Assembly: GCA_031370785.1 (NCBI GenBank)
Contig: JANMQY010000023.1
Coordinates: 32,001 to 96,000, forward strand
Length of the DNA: 64,000 bases
Direction: 5' to 3'
DNA from: Candidatus Eiseniibacteriota bacterium
GTDB lineage: Bacteria; Eisenbacteria; RBG-16-71-46
The notes under the pieces were generated by a model, which was given only the letters and a program-made list of their open reading frames with translations, searched no databases and was not told the DNA's origin. Both the position numbers and the translations under genes were made by a program. Positions 10,353 to 19,878 of this stretch are shown here, piece after piece (position 1 is the stretch's first letter; every line of letters starts with the position of its first letter).

Positions 10353-11292
10353 CCCAGAGACCAAGGACGACCGGCGCGAGAAGCGCCAGCGTCGTCGCCG
10401 CCCGGGGCAGGGCGGCCTGCGGCACGCGCTGGTGTTCTTCTCGACCGGACTGATGATCTTCGTCATCGGCTCGACGTGGCTCGGGCTCTATCCGCCGGTA
10501 CCCATCGATCTGGGCGGGCTGCCCAACCTGGACTCGCGCGCCGAGCGCGTGAGCATTCCGGTCGGCGAGGATGACCACCTCGATGCATGGCTGCTTCCCG
10601 GCCGCCGGCCCGCGCTGGTGATTCTGCTCCATGGGTACGGGCGCGACCACACCAGCATGTGGTGCTACGCGCATTTTCTCCACGACGCGGGATATACCGT
10701 GCTCGCCGCGGACTTCCGATCGTCGCGTATCCGCGACCGCAAGCCGACCACGCTCGGATTCTGGGAGCAGAACGACGCGCGCGCGATCCTGGCCTGGGTG
10801 GCCCGACAGCCCGGCCTGCGCGAGGACCGGATCGGAATGATGGGCGAGTCGCTGGGCGGGAGCGTCGCGCTCTCGATCGCGCCCTCGCATCCGGAGGTGC
10901 GAGCGCTGGTGGTGGACAGCCCGTTCGCCACCGGGCATCGTGCCCTGTCGGATGGAGCGGAGCGCTTCTTCCACGTGGCTCACGAGCCGTTTGCGGCGCT
11001 CGCCCGATTCGCGACCATCGCGATCACCCACCACGATCCCTATGCGCTCGACTGCATCGCCGCCTGCGAGAGCCTGACCACGCGCCCGGTGTTCTTCATC
11101 CACTCGCTGCGCGACGACCGGCTGTCGCCCGATCAGAGCCGCGACCTGTGGCGCGCGACCGGTTCGAACGGAACTCTGTGGGTGGTACCCGTGGCCGGAC
11201 ACACCCAGGCCTGGGTCCGCCACCGCGCCGAGTACGAGCGCCGCGTGCTCGCGTTCTTCGCCGGGCCGCTCGGTTCCGGAGCAAGGAGATGA
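10342..11292 (+). CDS. Membrane-anchored alpha/beta hydrolase
   Basis: N-terminal TM; LLHGYG, GESLGG nucleophile elbow, DDR, AGH. Confidence 0.88.
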   Translation: MGASPETKDDRREKRQRRRRPGQGGLRHALVFFSTGLMIFVIGSTWLGLYPPVPIDLGGLPNLDSRAERVSIPVGEDDHLDAWLLPGRRPALVILLHGYGRDHTSMWCYAHFLHDAGYTVLAADFRSSRIRDRKPTTLGFWEQNDARAILAWVARQPGLREDRIGMMGESLGGSVALSIAPSHPEVRALVVDSPFATGHRALSDGAERFFHVAHEPFAALARFATIAITHHDPYALDCIAACESLTTRPVFFIHSLRDDRLSPDQSRDLWRATGSNGTLWVVPVAGHTQAWVRHRAEYERRVLAFFAGPLGSGARR

Positions 11293-12086
11293 GTGCGGAG
11301 GTCCGGCTCGGCACCCAGGGCTGGGCGTACCCGGACTGGATCGGCGTGTTCTACCCGCCCGGCGCGAAGCAGGAGGACTATCTCCCGTTCTACTCCCAGA
11401 TCTTCGACACGGTCGAGCTGGACACCACGTTCTACCATCCGCCGAAGAAGGCGGTCGTGCGCTCGTGGGAGAAGCGCGTACCGGCGCACTTTCGCTTCGC
11501 CGCCAAGCTGCCGCGCGCGATCACGCACGACGCACTGCTGCGCGGTGTGGCCGAGGAGCTCGCCGAATTCGTGCGCTCGCTCGAGCCGCTCGGGGAGAAG
11601 CTGGGGCCATTGCTCGCCCAGATGCCGGCCGAATTCACACGCGAACCGGACAGCGTCGCGACCCTGCGCTCGTTCCTCGAAAGCGTGCCGGAGGGGGTCA
11701 GGCTCGCGGTCGAGTTCCGCCACGCTTCGTGGCACGTGGCGGAAACCTGGGACGTGCTCAGAGTCAGTCGCGCGGCGGTGGCGTGGACCTCGTGGCGCGA
11801 GCTGCCGCGCGTGACCGAGGTGACCGCCGATTTTCTCTACCTGCGCTGGCTGGGCGACCGCAGGGAGATCGAGAAGTACGATCGCGTGCAGGTCGACCGC
11901 TCGGATGAATTCGAAGCGTGGAAGCCGGATCTCGAGCGCGTGCTGCCCGAGGTGCGCGAGATCTACGGGTACTTCAACAACCACTGGGCCGGCCACTCGC
12001 CGGCCAGCGCCAACGAGATGAAGCGGCGCCTCGGACTGATCTCGGTGGAGGCGAAGGAACGCTGGCCGCAGCGCGAGATCTGGTAG
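11289..12086 (+). CDS. DUF72 family protein
   Basis: RLGTQGWAYPDW..FYP, VELDTTFY, EFRHASW, YFNNH; AAGGAG RBS; ATGA overlap. Confidence 0.92.
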   Translation: MSAEVRLGTQGWAYPDWIGVFYPPGAKQEDYLPFYSQIFDTVELDTTFYHPPKKAVVRSWEKRVPAHFRFAAKLPRAITHDALLRGVAEELAEFVRSLEPLGEKLGPLLAQMPAEFTREPDSVATLRSFLESVPEGVRLAVEFRHASWHVAETWDVLRVSRAAVAWTSWRELPRVTEVTADFLYLRWLGDRREIEKYDRVQVDRSDEFEAWKPDLERVLPEVREIYGYFNNHWAGHSPASANEMKRRLGLISVEAKERWPQREIW

Positions 12087-12089
12087 TCG

Positions 12090-12770
12090 CTAGCGGTTTC
12101 CCGCCTGGACCCGTCCGCCGCTCAGCGCCCTGACCGCATCCGGCGCCTGACACGACGCGTCACCGTAGTCGACCCGCACCCGGCCGAGGGCGGTCGCGAC
12201 CCCGAGGGCGGTACGCTTGAGCGCCGGGTTTCGCGAGCCGATTGCGATCAGAGCGTTGTTCATCGCTTCCTTCACCCAGTTCTCCTCGTGTTGCAGCCGG
12301 CGCTGGATGCCGGCGAGGTAGGGAATGAACCATGCGTTGGCGAGGGCCGTCTCGCTCTTCGCGAGCGATTCGAGCAGGGACCAGCCGGCACGGCGCACAT
12401 GATCGTCGGGGCTGCGGGTCCACGTCTCGAGCCTGGCCTGCGCGAAGGGCGTCTTCACGACCAGCTCCGAGACGAACTGGTCGGTGAGCAACCAGTAGGT
12501 GCAGTCGGTCACCCAGCGATCGATCAGCTCCTCGCTCATGAGGGAGGGATCGGCCACGAAGGTGGCCAGCAACCGGGCATCGAAGATGCCGCTGTCCCAC
12601 AGCGCGATCGCGAGCGCGTGATTCCTTCCCAGCTTCTTCGCGTACGCGTGAATCGGGGTGAGCCCGACGCCGTAGAAGCGCGAGGTGTCCATGCCGAGCT
12701 TCTTCCAGACCGCGATCGCGCGCGAATCGCCGAGCGCCTTGAGCTCTTCGAGAACCGCTTCAACCTTCAT
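12090..12770 (-). CDS. AlkD-like DNA alkylation repair protein
   Basis: YGV..IHAYAKK, NHALAIALWDSG..DARLLA, VKEAMNNALIAIG. Confidence 0.85.
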   Translation of the reverse strand: MKVEAVLEELKALGDSRAIAVWKKLGMDTSRFYGVGLTPIHAYAKKLGRNHALAIALWDSGIFDARLLATFVADPSLMSEELIDRWVTDCTYWLLTDQFVSELVVKTPFAQARLETWTRSPDDHVRRAGWSLLESLAKSETALANAWFIPYLAGIQRRLQHEENWVKEAMNNALIAIGSRNPALKRTALGVATALGRVRVDYGDASCQAPDAVRALSGGRVQAGNR

Positions 12771-12822
12771 GTCAGCACTCCCTGGCCAGGGAAAGGCAGG
12801 CCCCCGGGCGGCACACCGGGAA

Positions 12823-13461
12823 CTAGTTGCCTCCGCCCTTCGATTCGCGGCCGGTGACGGTCTGAATGGCACGCACGGCGGCGTCGCGCGCGGCGTCGAT
12901 CTGCGCCTCGGGACCGGACAGATAGAGCCGTCCGTAGGCGCCGAAAAGTGAAGCATCGATGAGCTTGACCCGCGCGGCCTTGAGTGCCTCGTTGGCGGCA
13001 AACGCGACGTAGCCGGCGGGCTCGGTCTCGAAGATGAAGAGAGACTCGCCGGCCAGGAGCATATCGCCGTAGCGGCTCTTGTTGATGACCTGCGCGTGAT
13101 AGGACTCGACTCCCCGGATGATCTGGTCCGAAACCACGCGCGGCTTGACCCGGTCGGATTCTCCGATGCCGAGATGAGCGAGCACCGACTGCCCCGCGAT
13201 CTGCACCTGGCCCTTGTCGCCGTGGTGAAATTCGAGCAGACCGAACGCGCGCTCGACTACCATGATCGCGGGCGTCACCTGGGTGGCCTTGAGCGCCACG
13301 TCGGTGATCCGGTTGATGATCAGGCCGGGCGCGGTCTCGATGAACATCGAGGCGTCGCCGGGCACGGGCAGGAAGCCGCGTGCGGTCGTGCCGATGAACG
13401 CGGCGAGCTGGGACTGCAGACTGTCGAGAAAAACGTAGGTGCGCAGGGTCACGTCTGCCAT
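12823..13461 (-). CDS. Bacterial microcompartment tandem-domain shell protein (BMC-T, CsoS1D/CcmP-like)
   Basis: [51 protein letters not shown]. Confidence 0.9.
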   Translation of the reverse strand: MADVTLRTYVFLDSLQSQLAAFIGTTARGFLPVPGDASMFIETAPGLIINRITDVALKATQVTPAIMVVERAFGLLEFHHGDKGQVQIAGQSVLAHLGIGESDRVKPRVVSDQIIRGVESYHAQVINKSRYGDMLLAGESLFIFETEPAGYVAFAANEALKAARVKLIDASLFGAYGRLYLSGPEAQIDAARDAAVRAIQTVTGRESKGGGN

Positions 13462-13470
13462 AGGCGGCCG

Positions 13471-13499
13471 ACCTTAGCGGCGGCGGTCGCAGGCGTCAA
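13471..13499 (-). promoter_or_regulatory. Sigma70-type promoter of BMC-T gene (near-leaderless)
   Basis: TTGACG-N17-TAAGGT, 9 nt upstream of the ATG. Confidence 0.6.
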
Positions 13500-13533
13500 T
13501 GGCGGCGGCCCCGGATGGGTGCCGAGTCCGGCC

Positions 13534-13562
13534 TTGACGCTCCGGGGGCGCCGGAGCATATT
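13534..13562 (+). promoter_or_regulatory. Sigma70-type promoter of satD operon
   Basis: TTGACG-N17-CATATT; the -10 overlaps the first palindrome. Confidence 0.6.
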
Positions 13563-13608
13563 CGCCCTCTGAAGGGCGAATCCCTGAATTCGCCCCCTGG
13601 AGGGTGAA
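13561..13608. promoter_or_regulatory. Tandem 20-bp palindromic operator pair upstream of satD
   Basis: TTCGCCCTCTGAAGGGCGAA (13561-13580) and TTCGCCCCCTGGAGGGTGAA (13589-13608), 28-bp period. Confidence 0.7.
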
Positions 13609-13611
13609 CGC

Positions 13612-14319
13612 GTGGAACCGCGAATCTGGCAGGTGCTGGTCGCCGATCTCCGATCCTCTCGCCGGATCCCGGACCGGCAGCGCCCGAGAATCGACAAGGC
13701 ACTGCAGCGCGCCGCGGCGCGAGTGGTCCACCGTTACGGAGACCACTTCCGTCTCAAGCCGCAGGTGCTGAAAGGCGACGAGCTGCAGGCGGTGCTGCGC
13801 GCGGATGCGCCGGCGCTCCATGTGGTGACCTATCTCCGGGCCCAGCTCGCGATCGCCGCCGGGATCCGGGTCGAGCTGCGCGCCGGGCTCGGGCGCGGCG
13901 AGATCCGGCGCCTGAGTACGAGCGGCCCGTTCGCCTCGGAGGGAGTCGCGTTTCACCGAGCGCGCACCGCGCTCGAGCAGGCGAAGCAGTCGGGAGGCGA
14001 TCGGCTCACCGCGTGGGTGTCGGGCGATCCGTTCTTCGACGAGCTCGCCGCGACGGTTCTCGCTCTGACCGACGCGTTTGCTTCGCGCTGGACGGTGCCG
14101 CAGTGGGAGGCAATCGCCGGGCGGATCGAAGAGAAGGCGCTGCAGGCGATCGCCCGCGACGCCGGCGTTGGCTTCCAGTCGGTCTCCAAGCGTCTGCGCG
14201 CGGCCTCGTGGAACGAAGTGGGCCAGGGCTATGCGCTGCTCGAGAAGATCGCGACGGTGGTCGGCAGCGGGCCCCGGGCCGGAGCCGCCCGCGCGACCAC
14301 TTCGCCGTCCAGAGGCTGA
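13612..14319 (+). CDS. satD: SatD family protein (cyclase-like N-domain plus C-terminal HTH)
   Basis: VLVADLRSSR, GDELQA, LRAGLGRG, GVAFHRAR; HTH LQAIARDAGVGFQSVSKRL. Confidence 0.8.
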   Translation: MEPRIWQVLVADLRSSRRIPDRQRPRIDKALQRAAARVVHRYGDHFRLKPQVLKGDELQAVLRADAPALHVVTYLRAQLAIAAGIRVELRAGLGRGEIRRLSTSGPFASEGVAFHRARTALEQAKQSGGDRLTAWVSGDPFFDELAATVLALTDAFASRWTVPQWEAIAGRIEEKALQAIARDAGVGFQSVSKRLRAASWNEVGQGYALLEKIATVVGSGPRAGAARATTSPSRG

Positions 14320-14348
14320 ATCCGGGATTTCGCCCTCAGGAGGGTGAA
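14301..14348. promoter_or_regulatory. Second tandem palindromic operator pair, upstream of DUF3307 gene
   Basis: TTCGCCGTCCAGAGGCTGAA (14301-14320) and TTCGCCCTCAGGAGGGTGAA (14329-14348), same 28-bp period, ending 3 nt before ATG. Confidence 0.7.
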
Positions 14349-14351
14349 GCG

Positions 14352-15101
14352 ATGAACCTGCCCGCGCCGCTGCTGCTCAAGCTGCTGACCGCCCACCTGG
14401 TCGGGGACTACCTGTTCCAGACCGATTGGGTCGCGGCACGCAAGCGCCGCTGGCCGGTGCTCGCGCTTCACGGGCTCGGGCACGCCGCACTCCTCGCCGG
14501 CGTGGTCCTCACCGAGCCCCGCGGTCCACGACTGATGCTGGCGCTGGCTCTCCTGCTGCTCGCGCACCTCGCGATCGACGCATGGACCAGCCGCAGCCGG
14601 AGCGAGGGCACGCTCACGCTTCTGCTCGATCAGAGCCTGCATGCGGCGACGATCCTCGCGGCGGTCGCCCTTGCACGTCCGTCGGAACTGGCCGGACTCG
14701 GCGACACGATCGGAGTCTGGCTCCAGGACGGCAGGACGTTCGCGGTGATCGCCGGCTTCGTCGCCGCGGTGTGGATGGGAGCGGTCGTGGTCGGACGCTG
14801 GGTGAAGCCGTTCGCGGATCGCATCACCGACGGGACCGTCGAGGGCAGGAGCGGGCTCAAGAACGCGGGGCGCGCGATCGGCATCCTCGAGCGTGGCCTG
14901 ATCTTCATCGCGATCCTCGTCGGTCTCGAGGCCCTGGTCGGATTCGTGGTCGCGGCGAAGGCGCTGCTCCGCCTGCCCGAAGCGCGTGAGCGCGCGAGCC
15001 GCGAGCTGTCCGAGTACTACCTGGTCGGCACGCTGGCCAGCGTGTTCTGGGCGGTGATGGTGAGCCTTCTCACGCGCTGGGCGGTGCGCGGCTCGCCATG
15101 A
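14352..15101 (+). CDS. DUF3307 domain membrane protein
   Basis: AHLVGDYLFQ, HLAIDAW, DQSLH, AGRAIGILER, EYYLVGTLAS. Confidence 0.85.
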   Translation: MNLPAPLLLKLLTAHLVGDYLFQTDWVAARKRRWPVLALHGLGHAALLAGVVLTEPRGPRLMLALALLLLAHLAIDAWTSRSRSEGTLTLLLDQSLHAATILAAVALARPSELAGLGDTIGVWLQDGRTFAVIAGFVAAVWMGAVVVGRWVKPFADRITDGTVEGRSGLKNAGRAIGILERGLIFIAILVGLEALVGFVVAAKALLRLPEARERASRELSEYYLVGTLASVFWAVMVSLLTRWAVRGSP

Positions 15102-16717
15102 CCGGTCCGGCGCAGGCGGGGGGGCCGACGCCCACGACGCGGCGGGCGCGGCCGGCGCCGACGCTCCCCGCGCTGCTGCTGCTCGGCGCGTTCACGCTGG
15201 TGGTGCGCCTCATGTGTCTGCCCGCGGTGCGCGAGGACAATCTCACTCCCGATGGCGCGCGCTTCCTCAACATCGCGCGCTGCATCACGCGCGGCGAAGG
15301 GTTCTCGACGCCCGAGGCGTGGCCGGCGTGGATGAATCCCGAGCGTCTGCCGGCCCCCGAAACCTTCAAGGAGCCGGGCTACCCGTTCGCGATCGCGGCG
15401 CTCACGCCGCTGGTGCAGGGCCCGTTCCGCGCCGGGCAATGGATTTCGCTGCTCGCCGGGCTGCTGCTGCCGTTCGCCGTGTACGCGCTCGGGCGAAGGC
15501 TCGACCCCGATCCGTGGGTGGGAATCGTCGCGGGCGCATTGAGCGCCGCGAGCCCGGTGCTGATCGCGCAATCAGTGTACGTCATGGCCGAGTCGGCGTT
15601 CGCGCTTGCTCTGACGGTGGCGTTCCTCGCCGCCGCTCCGGCGACCGATTTCGGCGGGAGGAAGGTGTCTCCCGAGGCGCCACCGGCGCTCGATCTGATC
15701 GCTGGCATGCTGTTCGGGCTCGCGTTCCTGGTACGCGCCCAGGCGCTGGTCGCATTTCCCGCGCTTGCGCTGCTGCTGATCGCCGGGCGCACGTGGCGCG
15801 TGCGCCTGGGTCGGGTGGCGCTGGCGGCTGCCGGCGCACTGATCGCCATCACCCCTCTGATCGTGCGCAACCTGCGCCTGTTCGGCGAGCCGCTGCACAG
15901 CGATGTCACGGCGTTCGGACTGTGGCCGTACGTCGATCAGTTCGCGTTCACCCATTTCCTCGAGCGGCCGCCCTCGGCGGCAGGCTATGCGCTCTCCCAC
16001 CTGCCCCAGGTGATGGCTCATGCGCGGAGCACGCTCGCGAGCTTCCTGCGCTTCACGCTGCCACACGACCTCCTCGGGCACGGCGTGCTGATCTTCCCGC
16101 TCGTGATCGGCGCGTGGATCGCGACGCAGCGCGCCCGGGTGTGGAGCTTTGCGCTCCTCTACCTTTCGTGCACCGCGATATTCATCCTGAGTCTCAACTG
16201 GGTGGCGCGCTATTTCGCGAGCGCGGCTCCATTGCTGTGCCTGCTCGCGGCGCTCGGGGCGGTCTGGATCGCGCGACGTGTGGAGCCGGTGCCGCGGCCG
16301 AGAGGATTCAGCCTCGCGCGCATGATGGCGCTCGTGCTCGTGCTGCTGATGGTGGCGATCGCCGTACGGACGGTGCGCAGCGTCGCCCCACCGACCATGC
16401 CCGATCTGGCCGCCGCCCGGGCCGAAGCGCCATTTCTGCGCGCACATCTTGCGCCGGGCGAGGCGGTGATGGCCGAGACCACTTCATACTGGGCGTGGTT
16501 CACCGATCGTCCCGCGGTCCATCCGGTGGTAGCCGACATCCCGACATTCGAATCCGTGATGCGCAGGCTGCGCGTGCACTACGCCGCGCTGCCGACCAGC
16601 CGTCTCGCGGAGTTCGCGGCCCGCTATCCGGGCGGCAAGCTGCCGGACGCGCTGGTTCGCGACCACGAGAACGCGGTCTGCGACATCACCGTGTTCGAAG
16701 TGCGCGTACCGCGCTAG
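15098..16717 (+). CDS. GT-C fold (ArnT/GT39-like) glycosyltransferase
   Basis: PDGARFLNIAR, EPGYP, MAESAF, LVRAQ, PLIVRN; multi-TM. Confidence 0.78.
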   Translation: MTGPAQAGGPTPTTRRARPAPTLPALLLLGAFTLVVRLMCLPAVREDNLTPDGARFLNIARCITRGEGFSTPEAWPAWMNPERLPAPETFKEPGYPFAIAALTPLVQGPFRAGQWISLLAGLLLPFAVYALGRRLDPDPWVGIVAGALSAASPVLIAQSVYVMAESAFALALTVAFLAAAPATDFGGRKVSPEAPPALDLIAGMLFGLAFLVRAQALVAFPALALLLIAGRTWRVRLGRVALAAAGALIAITPLIVRNLRLFGEPLHSDVTAFGLWPYVDQFAFTHFLERPPSAAGYALSHLPQVMAHARSTLASFLRFTLPHDLLGHGVLIFPLVIGAWIATQRARVWSFALLYLSCTAIFILSLNWVARYFASAAPLLCLLAALGAVWIARRVEPVPRPRGFSLARMMALVLVLLMVAIAVRTVRSVAPPTMPDLAAARAEAPFLRAHLAPGEAVMAETTSYWAWFTDRPAVHPVVADIPTFESVMRRLRVHYAALPTSRLAEFAARYPGGKLPDALVRDHENAVCDITVFEVRVPR

Positions 16718-16727
16718 GTACCAGGGG

Positions 16728-18074
16728 TCAACGCAGGACCGGGAAACGTGCGCTGCGTACCGCGTGGGCGGTGCGCAGCACCGCGAAGTAGACACCGGCG
16801 GGAACGTCGCGGCCCGCCTCATCGCGTCCGTCCCACTCGAGCCGCGTGATTCCCGCCGGCAGATCGCGGTCCGCGAGCGCGCGGACGCGCCGGCCGCCGG
16901 GATCGATCATCTCGATCCGCGCATGCGTGGCTGTCGGAGCGCTCACCTCGAGCCGCCAGCGCCGGGCTCCGGGAGAACCGGGCACGAAGCGCAGCTGCAG
17001 GGCGCCCGAGACGTCGTGCGGCGTCGGCCCAACCGCGACGAGGTTGGGCTCGGCGAACCGGAAATGGGGAGGATCGGTCCAGACGATCTCCCGGATCTGG
17101 ATGGTGCCGAGATCGCCTTCCGGGGCGCAGAAGTAGTCGTGCCCCGCGAACCGAAAGATCTCTGGCCCGAACCACTGGTCGGTGTTCTCGGTGGTGATCT
17201 CGCCGCTGAGATTTATCTGGCCGCTCCATGCGGTCGAGTCCGCAGTCGGATCGAGACTGGTTTCGAACTTGATCGCATGCCCCGAATTGGTCGTGTAGAA
17301 CAGGTACCAGAGGCCGTTGTGATCGATCATCGCGGGCGATTCGATCTTGGGATTGTAGTAACCCGTGTTCCACATCGGCTTGAGATCCGTCCAGACCCTG
17401 AAATCGCCGTCGGAGCGCGCGAGCTCGAGCACCATCTGATCCGGGTTCGCGGCCGGGCGCGTGGCGTTGTACATGAGCCAGCTGCCAGGGCTGGTGGGGT
17501 CGGGCATCAGGAACGGATCGCGGAAGTCGCCACCCATGGCGCTCGAAGAATCGCACAGCACCCACGGGACCTGATTGCAGCCGAAGATCGGATCCGCTTC
17601 GCGCGTCCACTCCATGAGATCCGGCGAAGTCGCGAGCCCGACGCGCTGGTACAGGGCGTAGGCCGGAGGTCCGCGGGTGACGCCGGTGTAGAACAGCGCC
17701 CAGTCATTGGCGCGCCGGATCACCTGCGGCGACCACACGTGGAAGTTGTCCCAGGACGACGGCCGGATCGGAAGGACCGGGTCGAGCTCGGTCCAGTTCT
17801 GAAGATCGTTCGAGACCGCATGCCCGAGGTCGCGCTCGGTGGAGTCGTCGAGCACGAAATATCGATGCTTGATATAGAACATGTGGAACAGCTCGCCGTC
17901 GTGGACGATCGTGCATTCCTTGGGGCGAAACGGGAACTGCGGGAGGAAGAAAGCGGCGTGCGCACGGAGCGGGGCGCCGAACAGAAGGGCGACGACAAGC
18001 GGGAGCGCCGCGGTCGCGCCATGGCAGACGCGGCACGCTCGGGGATGGGACGAGGAAGCGGCGGCCGGCGTCAT
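16728..18074 (-). CDS. Secreted five-bladed propeller glycoside hydrolase (GH32/43-like) with C-terminal FlgD-Ig sorting domain
   Basis: Signal peptide; LGHAVSNDL, VWSPQV, FRDPF, IESP; WDGRDEAGRDVPAGVYF. Confidence 0.8.
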   Translation of the reverse strand: MTPAAASSSHPRACRVCHGATAALPLVVALLFGAPLRAHAAFFLPQFPFRPKECTIVHDGELFHMFYIKHRYFVLDDSTERDLGHAVSNDLQNWTELDPVLPIRPSSWDNFHVWSPQVIRRANDWALFYTGVTRGPPAYALYQRVGLATSPDLMEWTREADPIFGCNQVPWVLCDSSSAMGGDFRDPFLMPDPTSPGSWLMYNATRPAANPDQMVLELARSDGDFRVWTDLKPMWNTGYYNPKIESPAMIDHNGLWYLFYTTNSGHAIKFETSLDPTADSTAWSGQINLSGEITTENTDQWFGPEIFRFAGHDYFCAPEGDLGTIQIREIVWTDPPHFRFAEPNLVAVGPTPHDVSGALQLRFVPGSPGARRWRLEVSAPTATHARIEMIDPGGRRVRALADRDLPAGITRLEWDGRDEAGRDVPAGVYFAVLRTAHAVRSARFPVLR

Positions 18075-18192
18075 CAGTCGAGAGCCTCCAGTCGATACGA
18101 ATGACCCTCACTGGGGCAATGAGCATGATCGATGCCCGCTCGAGCGTCAACGTCCGAGTCGCAGCGCCTTCATGCAACTCCTGTGACCCGCT

Positions 18193-19812
18193 CTAGCGGA
18201 CGAAGATGCGAAGCGGGGTAGGGTGCGGGATGCGCGAACTCACCTCCGCGGTGATCTCCCGCGTCGAAGACTCGAGCCGTCGCACCATCGCCGAGTCGGG
18301 CCAGCCGCCGTAGAGCGACTGCCCGGCATCCACGATGAAGACGTGGATCGAAGAGTCGGCCTCGAAGGCCGCGCCACGTTCCGGAGTCCACGCGAGTCCC
18401 GGAGTGCTCCAGTAGAGCCCGGTGCGGAACAGGTAGAAGCCGAGCACCGGCACCTCGGGACCGACGAAGCACACCCGGTTGGGCGGTGCGGCCGCCAGAT
18501 ACGGCGCGAGAGCACTGGTCATCGACCGATAGCCGATCTGGTGATATCGAAGCGGCAGTCGCTGCGCGTCGCGAACGATCGCGGCGCAGATCACGAGAGC
18601 GGCGAGTGTGGCCGCGGTGGCTCCGCTCCAGCGCGGCCTCCATGCGAGCACGAGCTGCGTCCCCGCGAACAGAAGCCATACGCCGAGCCAGAGCACGAAC
18701 GGGAGCGATGGTCCGCCTAGTCGCTGGATGATCCACGGAAACGTGAGGCCAGCGCCGAGTACGAATCCCCTCGGTCCGAGTCGACGGCCTTCGGCAAGAT
18801 CCGAGAAGCCGAGTGCCGCGACCGACACCCACGCGGGCAGCACCACGTAGGCGTATCCACCCGTCTTCACCCGAAAGCACGACAGGATCAGGATCCCGAG
18901 GGCCCAGATCAGGAGCGCCCGCGGCACCGGCTCATTCCGCCGTCGCCACGCCGCGGAAATTCCCTGCGCGACGAACGGGATCAGGAGCAGCAGCGCATGG
19001 CTGAGCACGCCCCAGTAGTAGATGGGAGGCTTGATCCAGTACGAGGCATAGCCCGCGCCCCCCATGCGCGCCGCGAACGCGCCTTGGAAGTAGATCGAGA
19101 GCCAGTGCGCGAGATCGGAGGGGGAGAAGAGCGCGACCGCGAGAAGGTGAAGCGGGGCGATGACGAGCGCGCCGAGGGCCAGCGCGAGCAGCCTTCGCAG
19201 GCGGTCTTCGCGGGCGGAAGCGACGAGGCTGGCCACCGGAATCGCGACCAGCACGACGAGCCAGAGCTTGCACAGAAAAGCCAGCCCGAGCAGGAGTCCC
19301 GCGAAGAACGCATGCCGGCGGCTCGGGCGCTCGCTTGAGACCAGCATCATCGCGCAGGCGCCGAGCGCGGTGAGCGGCAGCTCGGCTCCAACCACCCGTG
19401 ACCCGTCGGTGAACCACGGCAGCGTCATCAAAAGCGCGGCAGCGAGTACTCCGGCTGTAGCGCCCGCGGCCCGCTTCACGAGTATTGCGCAGCACGCCGC
19501 AATGATTGCCGCCGCCACGATGGAAATCCAGCGCAGCGCGATCTCGCTCGCACCCAGGATGCGGATCGAGAGCGCGAGCAGAGCGGGGTAGAGCGGAGGC
19601 TTGTCTCCCGGGACTCCCAGCGGCGAGAGCGAGGGCGAGATCAGATAGCGAGAGGAGGCGAGAATGTTCTTCGCCATGATCCCGTAATAGCCCTCGTCTC
19701 CGCCCACCAGGTCGTTTACGCCCAGCGGCGACCACCAGAGCCAGGCTGAGAGGCCGGCGAGCGTGACCGCGAGCACCATTGCCGGAAACGCGGAGCCAGG
19801 GAGGCGCCTCAT
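18193..19812 (-). CDS. ArnT/GT39 family glycosyltransferase
   Basis: DEGYY, DKPPLYPAL, LAFLCK; multi-TM. Confidence 0.85.
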   Translation of the reverse strand: MRRLPGSAFPAMVLAVTLAGLSAWLWWSPLGVNDLVGGDEGYYGIMAKNILASSRYLISPSLSPLGVPGDKPPLYPALLALSIRILGASEIALRWISIVAAAIIAACCAILVKRAAGATAGVLAAALLMTLPWFTDGSRVVGAELPLTALGACAMMLVSSERPSRRHAFFAGLLLGLAFLCKLWLVVLVAIPVASLVASAREDRLRRLLALALGALVIAPLHLLAVALFSPSDLAHWLSIYFQGAFAARMGGAGYASYWIKPPIYYWGVLSHALLLLIPFVAQGISAAWRRRNEPVPRALLIWALGILILSCFRVKTGGYAYVVLPAWVSVAALGFSDLAEGRRLGPRGFVLGAGLTFPWIIQRLGGPSLPFVLWLGVWLLFAGTQLVLAWRPRWSGATAATLAALVICAAIVRDAQRLPLRYHQIGYRSMTSALAPYLAAAPPNRVCFVGPEVPVLGFYLFRTGLYWSTPGLAWTPERGAAFEADSSIHVFIVDAGQSLYGGWPDSAMVRRLESSTREITAEVSSRIPHPTPLRIFVR

Positions 19813-19878
19813 CGTCGGATCAGGGGAAGTCGATCGACACGGTCAGGCGCGGCGCTTCGAGAACCGAGGGCATGGCGC

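Noticed and set aside
7161..10466. 1101-aa minus-strand ORF and other long shadow ORFs (e.g. 57449-60043 +, 43507-45261 -, 22770-24416 -)
   Set aside because: They are antisense to well-supported genes and typical of high-GC stop-codon scarcity, with no motifs.
13561..14348. Palindromes as transposon ends or mini-CRISPR
   Set aside because: No transposase or target duplication; 8-bp spacers; their position over promoter and RBS fits operators.
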